IMG/VR virus record: IMGVR_UViG_2740892232_000009
Source of the DNA: a virus
Lineage: Duplodnaviria; Heunggongvirae; Uroviricota; Caudoviricetes
Length of the DNA stretch: 18,870 nt
Strand: one strand, 5' to 3'
Shown here: piece after piece, positions 1-9,108 of the stretch
How positions within the stretch are numbered: position 1 is the stretch's first letter
Layout: each line of letters begins with the position of its first letter
Program-made: the position numbers and the translations under genes
Notes under the pieces: generated by a model
The model's database searches: none
Told to the model about the DNA's origin: nothing
Seen by the model: the letters and a program-made list of their open reading frames with translations, nothing else

Positions 1-717
1 TCAAGATGCGGGTGTGAGCACCTGAAAGTGATCGTTAATTCGGGATGTCAGTGAGTCCGCTATATTCGGCAGGGTCTGGTTAAAAAAGACAGATATTGCT
101 TCCCTGAACTCTCGCGTACTGCTGAAGTAGCGATTATTCCGGGTATGTTCGTTCATTAATTTCCACATTCTTTCTATCGGATTCAGGTTTGGACTGTAAG
201 GGGGAAGGTAATGCAGCCTGATATTTACCACTTCCGCCCAGTCTTTCACTAACTGTGAACGGTGGTAACCTGCTCCATCCAGAATAACGTGGATTTTCTG
301 GTTATAATCAGGATAAACCTTTCGTATCTCATTGAAAAAACGGGATACATTATATTCATTAATGGTTTTATATTCGCAGATTAGCGGTGACGTCAGTGCT
401 TTCAGATTCAGCGCCCCCATGATATTCAGGCGTGTGCGGCTGCCTGTTGTTTTTACTGCTTTTTTCTGGCCTTTGCGTATCCAGCCATAGCTGATTTTAG
501 TGGCCTGAGTCGGATGGACTCCATCAATAAAAAGAATCGGCTCATCACCCACAGTTGTTTTCAGTTCCTTATAGTATTCAATGAATTGCCTTTGTTTCTC
601 TTCACTGAATTTATGGGGGACGCCTGACGGTTTTTTGTAGGTGACACCATTACGATGCAGCCACTTATTCATCCCCGGAATGCTGAAAATGATGTTCCAT
701 GTCCGGGTGACAAACGC
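1..717 (-). mobile_element. IS630-family insertion sequence fragment: DDE transposase ORF, C-terminus complete (stop at 1-3), N-terminus lost in the assembly gap
   Basis: ORF 1..672 translation has IS630-type DDE spacing (DGVHPTQ ... LDGAGYHRS ... NPIERMWKLMNE). The frame stays open upstream of the annotated Met as far as the N-run at 718, so the true N-terminus is missing. Family call is from recalled motifs, not a search. Confidence 0.8.
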
Positions 718-727
718 NNNNNNNNNN
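718..727. other. Assembly gap (10 N), unknown true size
   Basis: Run of n characters at 718-727; both flanking ORFs are truncated at it. Confidence 0.99.
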
Positions 728-1846
728 CGCCGGGTTCGCTCCTGCCGTCAACAGCCAGCAGGCAAAAGTATGCCGCGTATGGTACGGATTACGGCGGCGA
801 ATACCAGCACGTTTTACTGCTGCATTCCATCTCGCACCCAAACTGCTTACCGAGTAATAAGGTTTCTGTTTTCCGTTACACACTCTGGGCATGAAAACAA
901 AATGCAGTTTTTGCTTTTCGGTTCTGCCGTACTCCCGATGATAAAAAGTGATTTCGCTTTTGCGATGATGCCCGGTCAGTTTGTATTGCTCCTTCAGTGC
1001 TTCAAGAGCAGGCTGCAGTAGTGTTACTGTCCGGATCCCGGCATTTGTTTTTGGGGGACCGAACATATCAAGTATCGTCAGGTTTCTTCTGACATTCACT
1101 ATTCCCTTTTCGAGATCCACATCCTCCCACGCCAGAGCTGCCAGTTCCCCGTGACGAAGTCCTGAGTAAACGGCAAATTTCCACAAGTTCTGGCTCTGTC
1201 CTTTTTCACTTTCCATTAATGCATTGAATTCTGTTTTAGATAACGGATCAGGCTTTATTCTGTTTCGCTGTAATTTTTTTACTCCTTCAAATGGTTTGGT
1301 TGATATAAATCCCGACTGATACGCAAAACGCAACAGCGAACAGAGCAGGGCGATATAGTTATCAACTGTGCGCACGGTTCTTCCTTTTTTGTTGGATCTT
1401 GGATTATCCAGGTAAAGCGTTTCTCCATGCAGCAGTTCATTCCGGTAGTTTAAGATATCGCTATAACGAATATGTGATATCGGGGTACTTTCACAAATTA
1501 TTATTCTGAGTGTTTTTAATTGTGATTTCGTTTTCTTCATTGTGTTTGTTGTTAACTCTGTCTCTTTAATTTTTGTCCAGATATCACAAAGTTCTCCGAA
1601 CGTTTTTATGACTCTCGTTGTCACCATTTTTGCCCCAGTGCTGGACTGGGGAAAACGTCTTAAATACTCAAATTCACCGGAGTTTATTTCATGAACTATC
1701 AGCGATCTTAAATTTCCGGCCTTTTTAATATTACTGTTTGTAATCTCCCAGCCTTTTAATGTTTCCCGACATCGTTTTCCTCGAAACATGAACCAGATGC
1801 GAATGTATCTACCTCTAATCTCGACACCTGTTGGTAATTTAGACAT
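728..1846 (-). CDS. intR: Tyrosine-family phage integrase, 3' end missing in gap (about 373 aa present; catalytic C-terminal segment not seen)
   Basis: ORF 665..1846 translation begins MSKLPTGVEIRGRYIRIWF and carries the conserved HTRHTFACWLL box before the X residues. Everything after the gap in that ORF is read-through into the IS. ATG at 1846. Confidence 0.85.
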
Positions 1847-1847
1847 A

Positions 1848-2063
1848 TCATGAGTCTTTGATAAACTGATTTATCTTTGGATAGTTGTACCAGATAATCC
1901 CTCGCTTACTGTCTGGCTTCCCTAAAGGAGATACTCGTTTGAAGTGGAATCCTTCCACCCAACAGTTCTGGCGGTATGCTTCAATTTGTCTGGCCCCCAG
2001 ACCAGTGCGAAGCATCAGGCCGTATTCAACCATCCACTCTTCATTAAAGATTACTTGTGCCAT
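1848..2063 (-). CDS. xisR: Excisionase-like small DNA-binding protein (71 aa)
   Basis: Translation [44 protein letters not shown]... ATG at 2063 preceded by GAGGTG with 5-nt spacer. Stop lies immediately beside the int start, the usual xis-int arrangement. Confidence 0.8.
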   Translation of the reverse strand: MAQVIFNEEWMVEYGLMLRTGLGARQIEAYRQNCWVEGFHFKRVSPLGKPDSKRGIIWYNYPKINQFIKDS

Positions 2064-2162
2064 CGCATCACCTCTGGCAGGCGCCAATGTTAGACTGAAA
2101 TTGACGCCCGATGTTGATTATTAATAATCAGCTATGAAGTTTTAATTTGAATACAATGCAAT

Positions 2163-2351
2163 TCACGAGGACTGAAGTCTCTCGCAATTAAAATTTATCA
2201 GTTTTACTTTCTGCTCTCTGGAAACGGCTGCTTCTTTTTTACCTGAGAGCATTTTTTCGCATTCTGATTTCGTTAGTTTAGATTTTGAATATCTTGTCCA
2301 GTTAGTAGGAGTGCCACCTTCCTTTTCAATAGTGGCGGTAATTTTATACAT
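2163..2351 (-). CDS. ydaC: Small Rac-prophage protein of unknown function (62 aa)
   Basis: ATG at 2351 directly preceded by GGAGGTG on the minus strand. Sits between xis and ralR as in Rac. Longer ORF-track start at 2423 would overlap ralR. Confidence 0.6.
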   Translation of the reverse strand: MYKITATIEKEGGTPTNWTRYSKSKLTKSECEKMLSGKKEAAVSREQKVKLINFNCERLQSS

Positions 2352-2538
2352 GAACACCTCCATTATTATTTCCAGTGGTTCGTTTATTCCATCTTTCGAG
2401 TGCTTCTTTTTCACTTCCACCATAACCGGTTCGGGATTCGCATCCGTTACACTTCGCTCGGTAATATCCTGAAATGGCTTTCACCGTTACTGATGGACAA
2501 CCACAAAATGGACATGGTTTAACATTGTCATATCTCAT
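2344..2538 (-). CDS. ralR: Restriction-alleviation protein (Lar/RalR family, 64 aa)
   Basis: Translation MRYDNVKPCPFCGCPSVTVKAISGYYRAKCNGCESRTGYGG..., with the CPFCG and CNGC zinc-ribbon-like Cys pairs. ATG at 2538. Confidence 0.85.
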   Translation of the reverse strand: MRYDNVKPCPFCGCPSVTVKAISGYYRAKCNGCESRTGYGGSEKEALERWNKRTTGNNNGGVHV

Positions 2539-2594
2539 AATTTTTCTCATAAAAAATATTTCAAGTTGGCGGTGCATTACACCGCCAGACTGAA

Positions 2595-3404
2595 TTATTC
2601 CTCTGAATTATCGATTACACTGTATTCCCCGGTTAATACAGAGGAATCTGCAGGATCGATTGTCAGTGGTTCCTTTTCATCCATTGATACTGCACGCTGG
2701 ATCTCAATTGATACGGGCAGATATTTGAACAGGCGACGAATAGCTGTTTTCTTTGCCATTTCTTCCCAGTGAGTTACCCACGGCCCGTTATTACCAGCTT
2801 TACTCTGGCTGCGCACCAGCTCAATCTGTCTGCGCGTCATAACTTCAAACTGAGTACCTCCGTCTTTCAGTCTTGCGACAGCATAGACGTGGGTAACCGG
2901 GGCATCTTCGTTTTCTCCTGGGCGGTGTATTAACTTTTCATCAAGGCCAAATTCGAAATTAAATTCGTCACCTTCACGGACAACACGGGCTGACAGGCTG
3001 GCGATTTGACCTGAACGGCGAGCCAGATCAATCATGCCGCGATAGCCAATGATTAGCTGAACGTTTTTTTTACCGCTCTTTTCGTTTTTATTACCAAAAG
3101 GCAGTAAATATGCATGACCGAGGGCGCTACCTGGCTCAAGTCCGAGCTGTGAACACTGTACGATTGCACTGACAAAACTCATAGTGTCACAGTTTCCTAA
3201 CGCCGGAACTTTACGAATTTCTGTGGTGGCGATACGGATCATACGTTCAGCCGTCATATGGCGTGGAAGAGCTGCTGCCAGTTGCTCTTTCATTGATGGC
3301 TGGTTAATAAAACTAATCACGTCGTTATTTTTAATTGCTGCTGGTGCACGGTTTCCCTGAGTTTTTTGCAGATCGGCTTTTGCGATTGGTGGTTGCTTAG
3401 TCAT
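2595..3404 (-). CDS. recT: RecT single-strand annealing protein (269 aa)
   Basis: Translation from [28 protein letters not shown]... Start ATG 3402-3404 overlaps the recE stop (3397-3399), indicating translational coupling. Confidence 0.95.
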   Translation of the reverse strand: MTKQPPIAKADLQKTQGNRAPAAIKNNDVISFINQPSMKEQLAAALPRHMTAERMIRIATTEIRKVPALGNCDTMSFVSAIVQCSQLGLEPGSALGHAYLLPFGNKNEKSGKKNVQLIIGYRGMIDLARRSGQIASLSARVVREGDEFNFEFGLDEKLIHRPGENEDAPVTHVYAVARLKDGGTQFEVMTRRQIELVRSQSKAGNNGPWVTHWEEMAKKTAIRRLFKYLPVSIEIQRAVSMDEKEPLTIDPADSSVLTGEYSVIDNSEE

Positions 3405-5997
3405 TTGCATATTCCTTAGCCCAGCGGGGCAGTGATAACGTCTTAATAGCTGGCCATTCATCGGTATTGAGGCAGTCAGCCAGGGTTCGCAGATTGCGGT
3501 GATATTCCAGCTGACCTGCCAGTTTTGCTTCTTCGCCCATCATGAAAATTTCAACCGGATAACGTCCGCATTCAATAGTTGTGCTGGCAACCAGAAAAAC
3601 GAAAGTTGGCTGCACTCCAAACTGTGCTTCATAACCGTCACTGTAGAATGCATCCTGAACGTGATAGCGGTAGTCGTAATAAGCGGTTTTGAATCGTTGA
3701 ATATCCGCCGTAGTTTTCACGTCCATGATCCAGTGAAATTCAGGGATAATTTTGTCCGGACGGCACCGACACAAAATTCCTGTTTCAGGATCTTCCCAGT
3801 AAATTGATGATTCAGCGTGTCCGGCGCTTTCAACAAGCCATTGCCCCAGCGGCAAAGCCATAACGCTTTGATACATCAGTTCAATTTTCCGGCCTTCTTC
3901 CGCAGTGATAACCATTTTTCCTGTGCTTGCGCATTCCATCAGAAACGCTTTCTCTTCTTCTTTTCCGGCGTTTGTACGGCGGTTAAATTCAGGTGCTACG
4001 ATAAAGCGGTTACTGAATTCTTCCGGTTCAAGTACCCGGCAGTGGAAAGCAGTTCCTAAATCGAGCGTTTTTGTCTTTGTGGTGTCCACGGGGGCATTTT
4101 TACGCCACAAATACAGTGCCGGAGTATCAGCAATGTCATCGAGCTGAGACTTACTGACACCGGGACCTGCGTGGTAATTCTCATTCGAAATTCCGTAATA
4201 AATACCTGGCTCTATGTCTTCTACGATTACGGGATCTGCGACTTCGCCAGTTTCATCACTGCAATCGCGATGCGGATCGCTGCCAGCATTCTCATTGTGC
4301 GGATGTTCAGCGCCTTCCATTTCCTCCGGATCATTTTCCTTAGCTTCAACCTGATTCTCTTCATCGAATGTTTCCTGGTTTGTTGCGTCGCCCATCACCG
4401 CACCACAGTCAGGGCAGTTATCCCCGCCAGTCTGGCCGTAGGCATTGCAGGCTATTTCCGGTTCCTGTTGCACTACTGGCTCAGGTTGTTTCATATCCGG
4501 GCTGGTTTTTTCCGTTTCTGGCTGGTTCTGGTACACAGAATCGCGAGTCTGGATCCCCTTAACCCATTTCGGATCGTTCGGGTCGCTAATTCCGTCAACA
4601 AATTCACCACGTGATGCAGCAAGCAATTTATCGGCATCGACAGGATTTTTTGATGGAATGTTTTTCCGGGCTTCATGGAGTTCTGCCCGCAGTTCCTGAT
4701 ATTTCGCATCAACAGAATTTACCTGTGACTGAGCATCCAGCGGCTGCGTGTCCTGATGATGTTTAGTTGCGTCCGGTTCCATTGTTTCAGCCTCTCCCTG
4801 TTCATCTGCCGTTGTTCCAGATGGTTGCAGTTTTTCTTCATCATCCTGTTTTCCTTCTTCTGTTACTCGCTGCGGCATCGGGGCAGAGGAGCGACCGCAG
4901 GCAATATCCACGATTTCCGGATCAGGGTTGGCATGATCGGTTTCAGTCAGTACTTTGTTCAGATATTCAGTGACGTGCGCGGGGATGACCTCGATCCCAA
5001 TTGGTGCTTCTTTTACGGACGCAACCACGATGGCGCGGGAATAATCCAGCCCGCCAGGCATGGTGATGAATTTGTCGCGGAAAACAGAAAAGGGCGGTTT
5101 ATTTTCAGCGATAATTTCCTCAATGCGTTTAGCGTGTGCCGGATGAAGGTTATAGATGTCCAGATCCATTGAACGGGCCAGTACGCCAGTGGCTACGTCG
5201 CGCGCCAGTGACGTCAGATCGTGTACGAAACCTTCGCCGCGATCGGTGAGGTTTCCGCCGCCAGCATTAGCACCGGAAGCCGTGCGAGTGATGTGTGAAA
5301 CACGATTACCCTTCATCCACTCTTTTGTCAGCAGTCCTCGATCGGTGTAGTCAGCGTTCAGGTATGCTTCGAAAAAAGCAGTTATCAGTCCCAGGTTTGA
5401 ATTACCAGGATTAGGGAAAACTTTGTCAGTGTCACGAACCAGTTTGTGGAGTTCGCGAATTTCCAGCGGGTCGAGCAGGCTGGTTTTGTGGGAAACAGCC
5501 AGGGCAGTAACAGCCGGTAGTTCTTCAGCCCGAGCAATGTGTAATGCCTGGAGTCCGTCGCGTGAAACGTGCGTTACCGGTTTTTCGCTGCCGTGTTGAG
5601 CAAGCCAACGAATGGGCAGTTCCTGGCCAGAAATTGGGAGTAGCATATTCTCCTCAATCTCAGTCATGTCTTCGCCGTTGACGTTGGTATTGCCTTGATA
5701 GTGAGCGTTGTCTGGTGCTGCTCCCGGTTTTAGTTCCCATGTCATGGAGTCTTTGCTGAGTTGATAGCGTTCACTCCAGGTAAAATCGATCTCACCTTCA
5801 GCGGGCAGGTCATTAACGACAGGAAAATTCGTGGCAACAGCTTTAAAATAGCTGCTCAGTTTTTTACCTGACTTAACGATCAGGTAGTCCAGAGTGGCAC
5901 AGGTCGATTCAAAATCGTTGCTTGCCCACAGGACGACGTCAGGTTCACCGGATGATTTTTTCGCTTTCCGTAACAGGAAGAGTGGTTTTGTGCTCAT
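3397..5997 (-). CDS. recE: RecE exonuclease VIII (866 aa)
   Basis: 866-aa ORF with acidic low-complexity middle and a C-terminal nuclease region, directly upstream of and overlapping recT. Matches recalled Rac RecE in length and sequence. Confidence 0.95.
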   Translation of the reverse strand: MSTKPLFLLRKAKKSSGEPDVVLWASNDFESTCATLDYLIVKSGKKLSSYFKAVATNFPVVNDLPAEGEIDFTWSERYQLSKDSMTWELKPGAAPDNAHYQGNTNVNGEDMTEIEENMLLPISGQELPIRWLAQHGSEKPVTHVSRDGLQALHIARAEELPAVTALAVSHKTSLLDPLEIRELHKLVRDTDKVFPNPGNSNLGLITAFFEAYLNADYTDRGLLTKEWMKGNRVSHITRTASGANAGGGNLTDRGEGFVHDLTSLARDVATGVLARSMDLDIYNLHPAHAKRIEEIIAENKPPFSVFRDKFITMPGGLDYSRAIVVASVKEAPIGIEVIPAHVTEYLNKVLTETDHANPDPEIVDIACGRSSAPMPQRVTEEGKQDDEEKLQPSGTTADEQGEAETMEPDATKHHQDTQPLDAQSQVNSVDAKYQELRAELHEARKNIPSKNPVDADKLLAASRGEFVDGISDPNDPKWVKGIQTRDSVYQNQPETEKTSPDMKQPEPVVQQEPEIACNAYGQTGGDNCPDCGAVMGDATNQETFDEENQVEAKENDPEEMEGAEHPHNENAGSDPHRDCSDETGEVADPVIVEDIEPGIYYGISNENYHAGPGVSKSQLDDIADTPALYLWRKNAPVDTTKTKTLDLGTAFHCRVLEPEEFSNRFIVAPEFNRRTNAGKEEEKAFLMECASTGKMVITAEEGRKIELMYQSVMALPLGQWLVESAGHAESSIYWEDPETGILCRCRPDKIIPEFHWIMDVKTTADIQRFKTAYYDYRYHVQDAFYSDGYEAQFGVQPTFVFLVASTTIECGRYPVEIFMMGEEAKLAGQLEYHRNLRTLADCLNTDEWPAIKTLSLPRWAKEYAND

Positions 5998-6098
5998 TGT
6001 TTTTTAACCTCAACTCAGATTAAAATTCGTTTTGTTCAGTGAATGATCTTGCCGGATACACACTGTTCATAGCCTGCGCCATACGCAGGCTATTTCTT

Positions 6099-6374
6099 TC
6101 AGATTTCACCTTTTAATTTCATTGCAATTAGAGTTGCCAGAAATTCGGCTTTTTTTTCTGCGGGCAGATTCTTTCCGATATGCACCAGGCACATTTTTTT
6201 GACACCTTCATCAAGTGTTTTTACGTTGCCTGATGGACCATCGATATCAACCACAGTGAATGGGGTTTCTTTATTTTCTGTTTTAATTACGTAGCCAATG
6301 CGCTTTCCTTCCAGATTCACCTCGTGAACAATGTCATCGGTAGTTACAACAGTGGCTTCATAATTGGTAATCAT
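6099..6374 (-). CDS. racC: RacC (91 aa), function unknown
   Basis: Translation MITNYEATVVTTDDIVHEVNLEGKRIGYVIKTENKETPF... ATG at 6374 preceded by AAGGAG. Confidence 0.85.
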   Translation of the reverse strand: MITNYEATVVTTDDIVHEVNLEGKRIGYVIKTENKETPFTVVDIDGPSGNVKTLDEGVKKMCLVHIGKNLPAEKKAEFLATLIAMKLKGEI

Positions 6375-6448
6375 GTTTTTCTCCTTAATTAAGGTTGAGC
6401 GAATACCTGCCATTTCTGGCATAAATTCAGTTTCGAATAGTCAATTAA

Positions 6449-6619
6449 TTAAAGTTCATGTGCCATCTGGTCTTTTTCGGCACAAGCTTCACTGCAATAT
6501 TTTCTCGGTTCGTCTTTTGATAAAATCCCGTGCATGAAGTGAAGCATTCTTTCAATAGCTTTGCTTTCTTCAACGTCTTTTTTGCAAAGGTGGTAAGCAC
6601 ATTTTATTTTCTTAGTCAT
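6449..6619 (-). CDS. ydaE: Small Cys-rich protein (56 aa), absent from the ORF track because it is under 60 aa
   Basis: Hand translation of the minus strand gives [56 protein letters not shown]. Start ATG 6617-6619 overlaps the kilR stop (6619-6621) by one base (ATGA). Stop TAA at 6449-6451. Confidence 0.75.
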   Translation of the reverse strand: MTKKIKCAYHLCKKDVEESKAIERMLHFMHGILSKDEPRKYCSEACAEKDQMAHEL

Positions 6620-6840
6620 CACCATGACTCCGCCTTTACAGGTAAACCATCACGACCGAGGAAGACTTTAATCATGCGGTCAGTAATGCATGTTTTTGTG
6701 GTCAGGTTACGAATATATAGTTTTCGCTTTTTAATATTGTTTGCCGAGGCAATATATGTCCGGCCTTCATGAAGAACATAATCGCCAGGAGTCACACACT
6801 GACGTGGTATTTCATCAGTTCCGAAGTGATGTGCAATCAT
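6619..6840 (-). CDS. kilR: KilR cell-division inhibitor (73 aa)
   Basis: Translation [46 protein letters not shown]... ATG at 6840 with GGAG 6 nt upstream; an in-frame ATG at 6852 is an alternative. Confidence 0.85.
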   Translation of the reverse strand: MIAHHFGTDEIPRQCVTPGDYVLHEGRTYIASANNIKKRKLYIRNLTTKTCITDRMIKVFLGRDGLPVKAESW

Positions 6841-7281
6841 AATTATCTCCATTTTTACAAATGAACTTTGTTGATGCGGTGCCTGGTGCCTCCAGGTGAC
6901 TGCAACCAGTTAACAATTACAGTCGGCTTTCCCACCCAAACCAATAAGGACTAACATGACTTTTAACTGTGCCACGTGCGCTTAGCCGCATTCACCGCAT
7001 CACAAAATTCACTTTAAAAAGGGCGGACATCAGCCGAACTTCAAGAAAAAAACTGATGCCGCCAGGACTACACACAGTAATGTCGTTATTTACAACCGGA
7101 GGCGCACTCCCACCATTTAAATTTAACAGACAAGACCGACTCTTTATGGATATCGGAAATGCGCCTTCGTGTTGTGCCCGGTTTTATTTCACCACCTCCG
7201 GGCTTCGGTGGTCTCGGCTATACCCCTACAGCGAGAGCTTGTGTTAACATTTCAATACCCTTACAGTTGAGAGTTATTGAT

Positions 7282-7770
7282 ATGTTGGATGTATTTACTC
7301 CATTGTTGAAACTTTTTGCTAACGAGCCACTCGAAAGACTTATGTATACGATTATCATTTTTGGTCTCACTCTCTGGCTGATACCGAAAGAGTTTACTGT
7401 CGCATTCAATGCTTATACTGAAATACCTTGGCTCTTTCAGATTATCGTTTTTGCCTTTTCTTTCGTGGTCGCCATTTCCTTCTCAAGATTGCGAGCACAT
7501 ATTCAAAAGCATTATTCATTACTACCAGAGCAACGAGTATTGCTTCGTTTATCTGAGAAAGAAATCGCTGTATTTAAAGATTTCCTTAAAACAGGAAATC
7601 TTATTATCACTTCTCCTTGCCGTAACCCGGTTATGAAAAAATTAGAACGGAAGGGCATCATTCAACATCAGAGTGATAGCGCAAACTGTTCTTATTATCT
7701 CGTCACCGAAAAATACTCCCATTTTATGAAGTTATTCTGGAACAGCAGGAGTAGACGTTTTAATCGTTAG
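7282..7770 (+). CDS. sieB: Superinfection exclusion protein B (162 aa), membrane protein
   Basis: Translation from MLDVFTPLLKLFANEPLERLMYTIIIFGLTLWLIPKEF..., with hydrophobic N-terminal segments. ATG at 7282; the longer ORF-track start at 7159 is an unsupported upstream extension. Confidence 0.85.
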   Translation: MLDVFTPLLKLFANEPLERLMYTIIIFGLTLWLIPKEFTVAFNAYTEIPWLFQIIVFAFSFVVAISFSRLRAHIQKHYSLLPEQRVLLRLSEKEIAVFKDFLKTGNLIITSPCRNPVMKKLERKGIIQHQSDSANCSYYLVTEKYSHFMKLFWNSRSRRFNR

Positions 7771-7922
7771 CTTACTGTGTGCTTCTCCAACCATCGGCGC
7801 GCACCAGTTTCGGTTTTAAATGTTTTGCTTTTGGTATACGTCATGGCAGTGAACGTTCCATCCTGGTTGGGGAACACGCCGCACACCAGGGATTCGTTGT
7901 TGCCGAGGTCGATTTTTTGCAT
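7767..7922 (-). CDS. ydaF: Small protein (51 aa), absent from the ORF track
   Basis: Hand translation gives MQKIDLGNNESLVCGVFPNQDGTFTAMTYTKSKTFKTETGARRWLEKHTVS. ATG at 7920-7922, stop TAA at 7767-7769, convergent with and overlapping the sieB stop. Confidence 0.65.
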   Translation of the reverse strand: MQKIDLGNNESLVCGVFPNQDGTFTAMTYTKSKTFKTETGARRWLEKHTVS

Positions 7923-7932
7923 TTTGCGAATC

Positions 7933-8067
7933 TCACATCTTGTTGCTACGTATAGCGACTTCTGCCTGCCAGAGATCCCAGTCGTTGCTGCGTAAAGCCT
8001 GCACAGCCTGGTTGTAAGTGATACCGCAACAATCCATCAAATACTGAACTACTTCGTAATGCACCAT
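7933..8067 (-). CDS. ydaG: Small protein (44 aa), absent from the ORF track
   Basis: Hand translation gives MVHYEVVQYLMDCCGITYNQAVQALRSNDWDLWQAEVAIRSNKM. ATG 8065-8067 preceded by GGGGAGAGATAAG on the minus strand. Confidence 0.65.
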   Translation of the reverse strand: MVHYEVVQYLMDCCGITYNQAVQALRSNDWDLWQAEVAIRSNKM

Positions 8068-8234
8068 CTTATCTCTCCCCTTAACGCCGGGTGGCGGAAC
8101 TAACTGCTGCACTGCAAAATTTGAATCCCGCCGTCATGTTCATACGCCTCGGGCTGGCTACTTAACCCCTGACCACTGCCTGGTAACTCGAAGTATTGCC
8201 CTGCGTTCTGTGGGGCGGGGTGGGTTGGTAGGTA

Positions 8235-8276
8235 TATAATGTACTTTGTGTTCATTGTTGTAAAGTACTTTAAGTA
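8235..8276 (-). promoter_or_regulatory. Leftward pL-like promoter candidate with two operator-like palindromes (O1 8240-8252 GTACTTTGTGTTC; O2 8264-8276 GTACTTTAAGTAC)
   Basis: On the minus strand: -35 TTTACA (plus 8258-8263), 17-bp spacer, -10 CATTAT (plus 8235-8240). O2 is a perfect 6+1+6 palindrome; O1 lies in the spacer. The two sites start 24 bp apart. Confidence 0.5.
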
Positions 8277-8354
8277 CATTCTGTGTGTAAAAAAATGAGA
8301 TGGGATAAAGTGAAGCACAAACCCGGAGGGGGACGCTACCGGATTTATGCTGGT

Positions 8355-8774
8355 TTAAGAGGCTTTTTGTTTTTTCTTTCGTGCTAACTCTTCGTAAATT
8401 GCATTGTACTTCTGTTTTTTCTCCTCAAGAGTTTTTAAAAGTTCATCTGTCTCACTGTCAGGGAGCTCGTCCAGAAGGTCAATGATGATTTTTTGTCTTG
8501 GATTTAACTCCTGATAGAAACGTACCTGTCCACTTTCTTCTGTATCCTCTCCCAAAAGATAGGTTGGTGTTGTTCCAATGAGTGTTGCTAATTCCCTTAA
8601 TTTCTCTCGGCGAGGAATTGTTTCGCCATTAAACCATTTGCTAACCGCTTTTGGTGTTAATTTCATTCGACGGGCAATTTCTGCCTGCCTTCCATGTTGT
8701 TCATAACCAGCGTTTTCACAGGCTAGCGCAAGCCTACTGGCGAACTCTTTACGCGCTTTATCTTCATGAACCAT
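8355..8774 (-). CDS. racR: Prophage repressor, XRE/Cro-CI-type helix-turn-helix, no peptidase domain (139 aa)
   Basis: HTH-like segment QAEIARRMKLTPKAVSKWFNGETIPRREKLRELATLIG. Occupies the cI position, divergent from ydaS. ATG at 8774. Confidence 0.75.
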   Translation of the reverse strand: MVHEDKARKEFASRLALACENAGYEQHGRQAEIARRMKLTPKAVSKWFNGETIPRREKLRELATLIGTTPTYLLGEDTEESGQVRFYQELNPRQKIIIDLLDELPDSETDELLKTLEEKKQKYNAIYEELARKKKQKAS

Positions 8775-8853
8775 AAGTTCAATGATATTCGCTCTTGAAT
8801 GTACTGTCAGTTCTGTTATAGCATGTACTCAAAGTTCACATTGTGAGGGTGAT
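8775..8853. promoter_or_regulatory. Divergent racR / ydaS control region with two operator-like sites (O3 8801-8813 GTACTGTCAGTTC; O4 8825-8837 GTACTCAAAGTTC)
   Basis: Same half-site pattern (GTACT-N3-AGTWC) and same 24-bp spacing as O1/O2. Leftward promoter candidate: -35 CTGACA (plus 8805-8810), 17 bp, -10 TATCAT (plus 8782-8787), which would start transcription at or beside the racR ATG. Confidence 0.5.
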
Positions 8854-9108
8854 ATGAACCAGAAAACACTTGAAGATGTAATCAAAACTGTTCGCGTTTC
8901 TGTTGTGGCCGACGTTTGTGGTGTCAGCCAAAGAGCAATCTACAAATGGATGGATAACGGAAAATTGCCTCGCACAGAATATACCGGCGAAACAAATTAC
9001 GCTGAAAAAATCGCTCATGCATCAAACGGATTATTTTCTGCCGATGCAATTTTAACTATTGGCAAAAATAAAACTACTACGAAAAAGCTGATGGGAGTTG
9101 ATTCATGA
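8854..9108 (+). CDS. ydaS: Cro-like HTH protein in the cro position (84 aa from the ATG at 8854)
   Basis: ATG at 8854 preceded by GAGGGTG. HTH-like segment VADVCGVSQRAIYKWMDNGKLP. The longer start at 8782 would leave no room for a promoter beside racR. Stop overlaps the ydaT start (ATGA at 9105-9108). Confidence 0.7.
   Translation: MNQKTLEDVIKTVRVSVVADVCGVSQRAIYKWMDNGKLPRTEYTGETNYAEKIAHASNGLFSADAILTIGKNKTTTKKLMGVDS

Noticed and set aside
665-727. Integrase ORF extension downstream of the gap (residues VCHPDMEHHFQHSGDE)
   Set aside because: This is read-through into the IS630 transposase region in another frame, not integrase sequence; the real int C-terminus is in the gap.
641-1021. Plus-strand ORFs 641..1021 and 655..894 spanning the N-run
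   Set aside because: They read across the assembly gap (X residues) and lie antisense to the integrase and transposase frames; artifacts.
3499-5350. Plus-strand ORFs of 64-147 aa inside recE (3499..3807, 3817..4059, 3905..4147, 4171..4614, 4368..4562, 4445..4699, 4756..5172, 4767..4973, 5156..5350)
   Set aside because: All lie antisense within the 866-aa recE frame, have no ribosome-binding sites and give low-complexity translations; they are shadow ORFs.
6969-7247. Plus-strand 92-aa ORF in the kilR-sieB intergenic region, and the 7159 extension of sieB
   Set aside because: No RBS, Pro/Arg-rich translation, and sieB has a clear start at 7282; the region is probably a divergent promoter region.
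8100-8318. Minus-strand 72-aa ORF in the ydaG-racR intergenic region
   Set aside because: GTG start without RBS; overlaps the operator and promoter elements O1/O2; more likely regulatory DNA.
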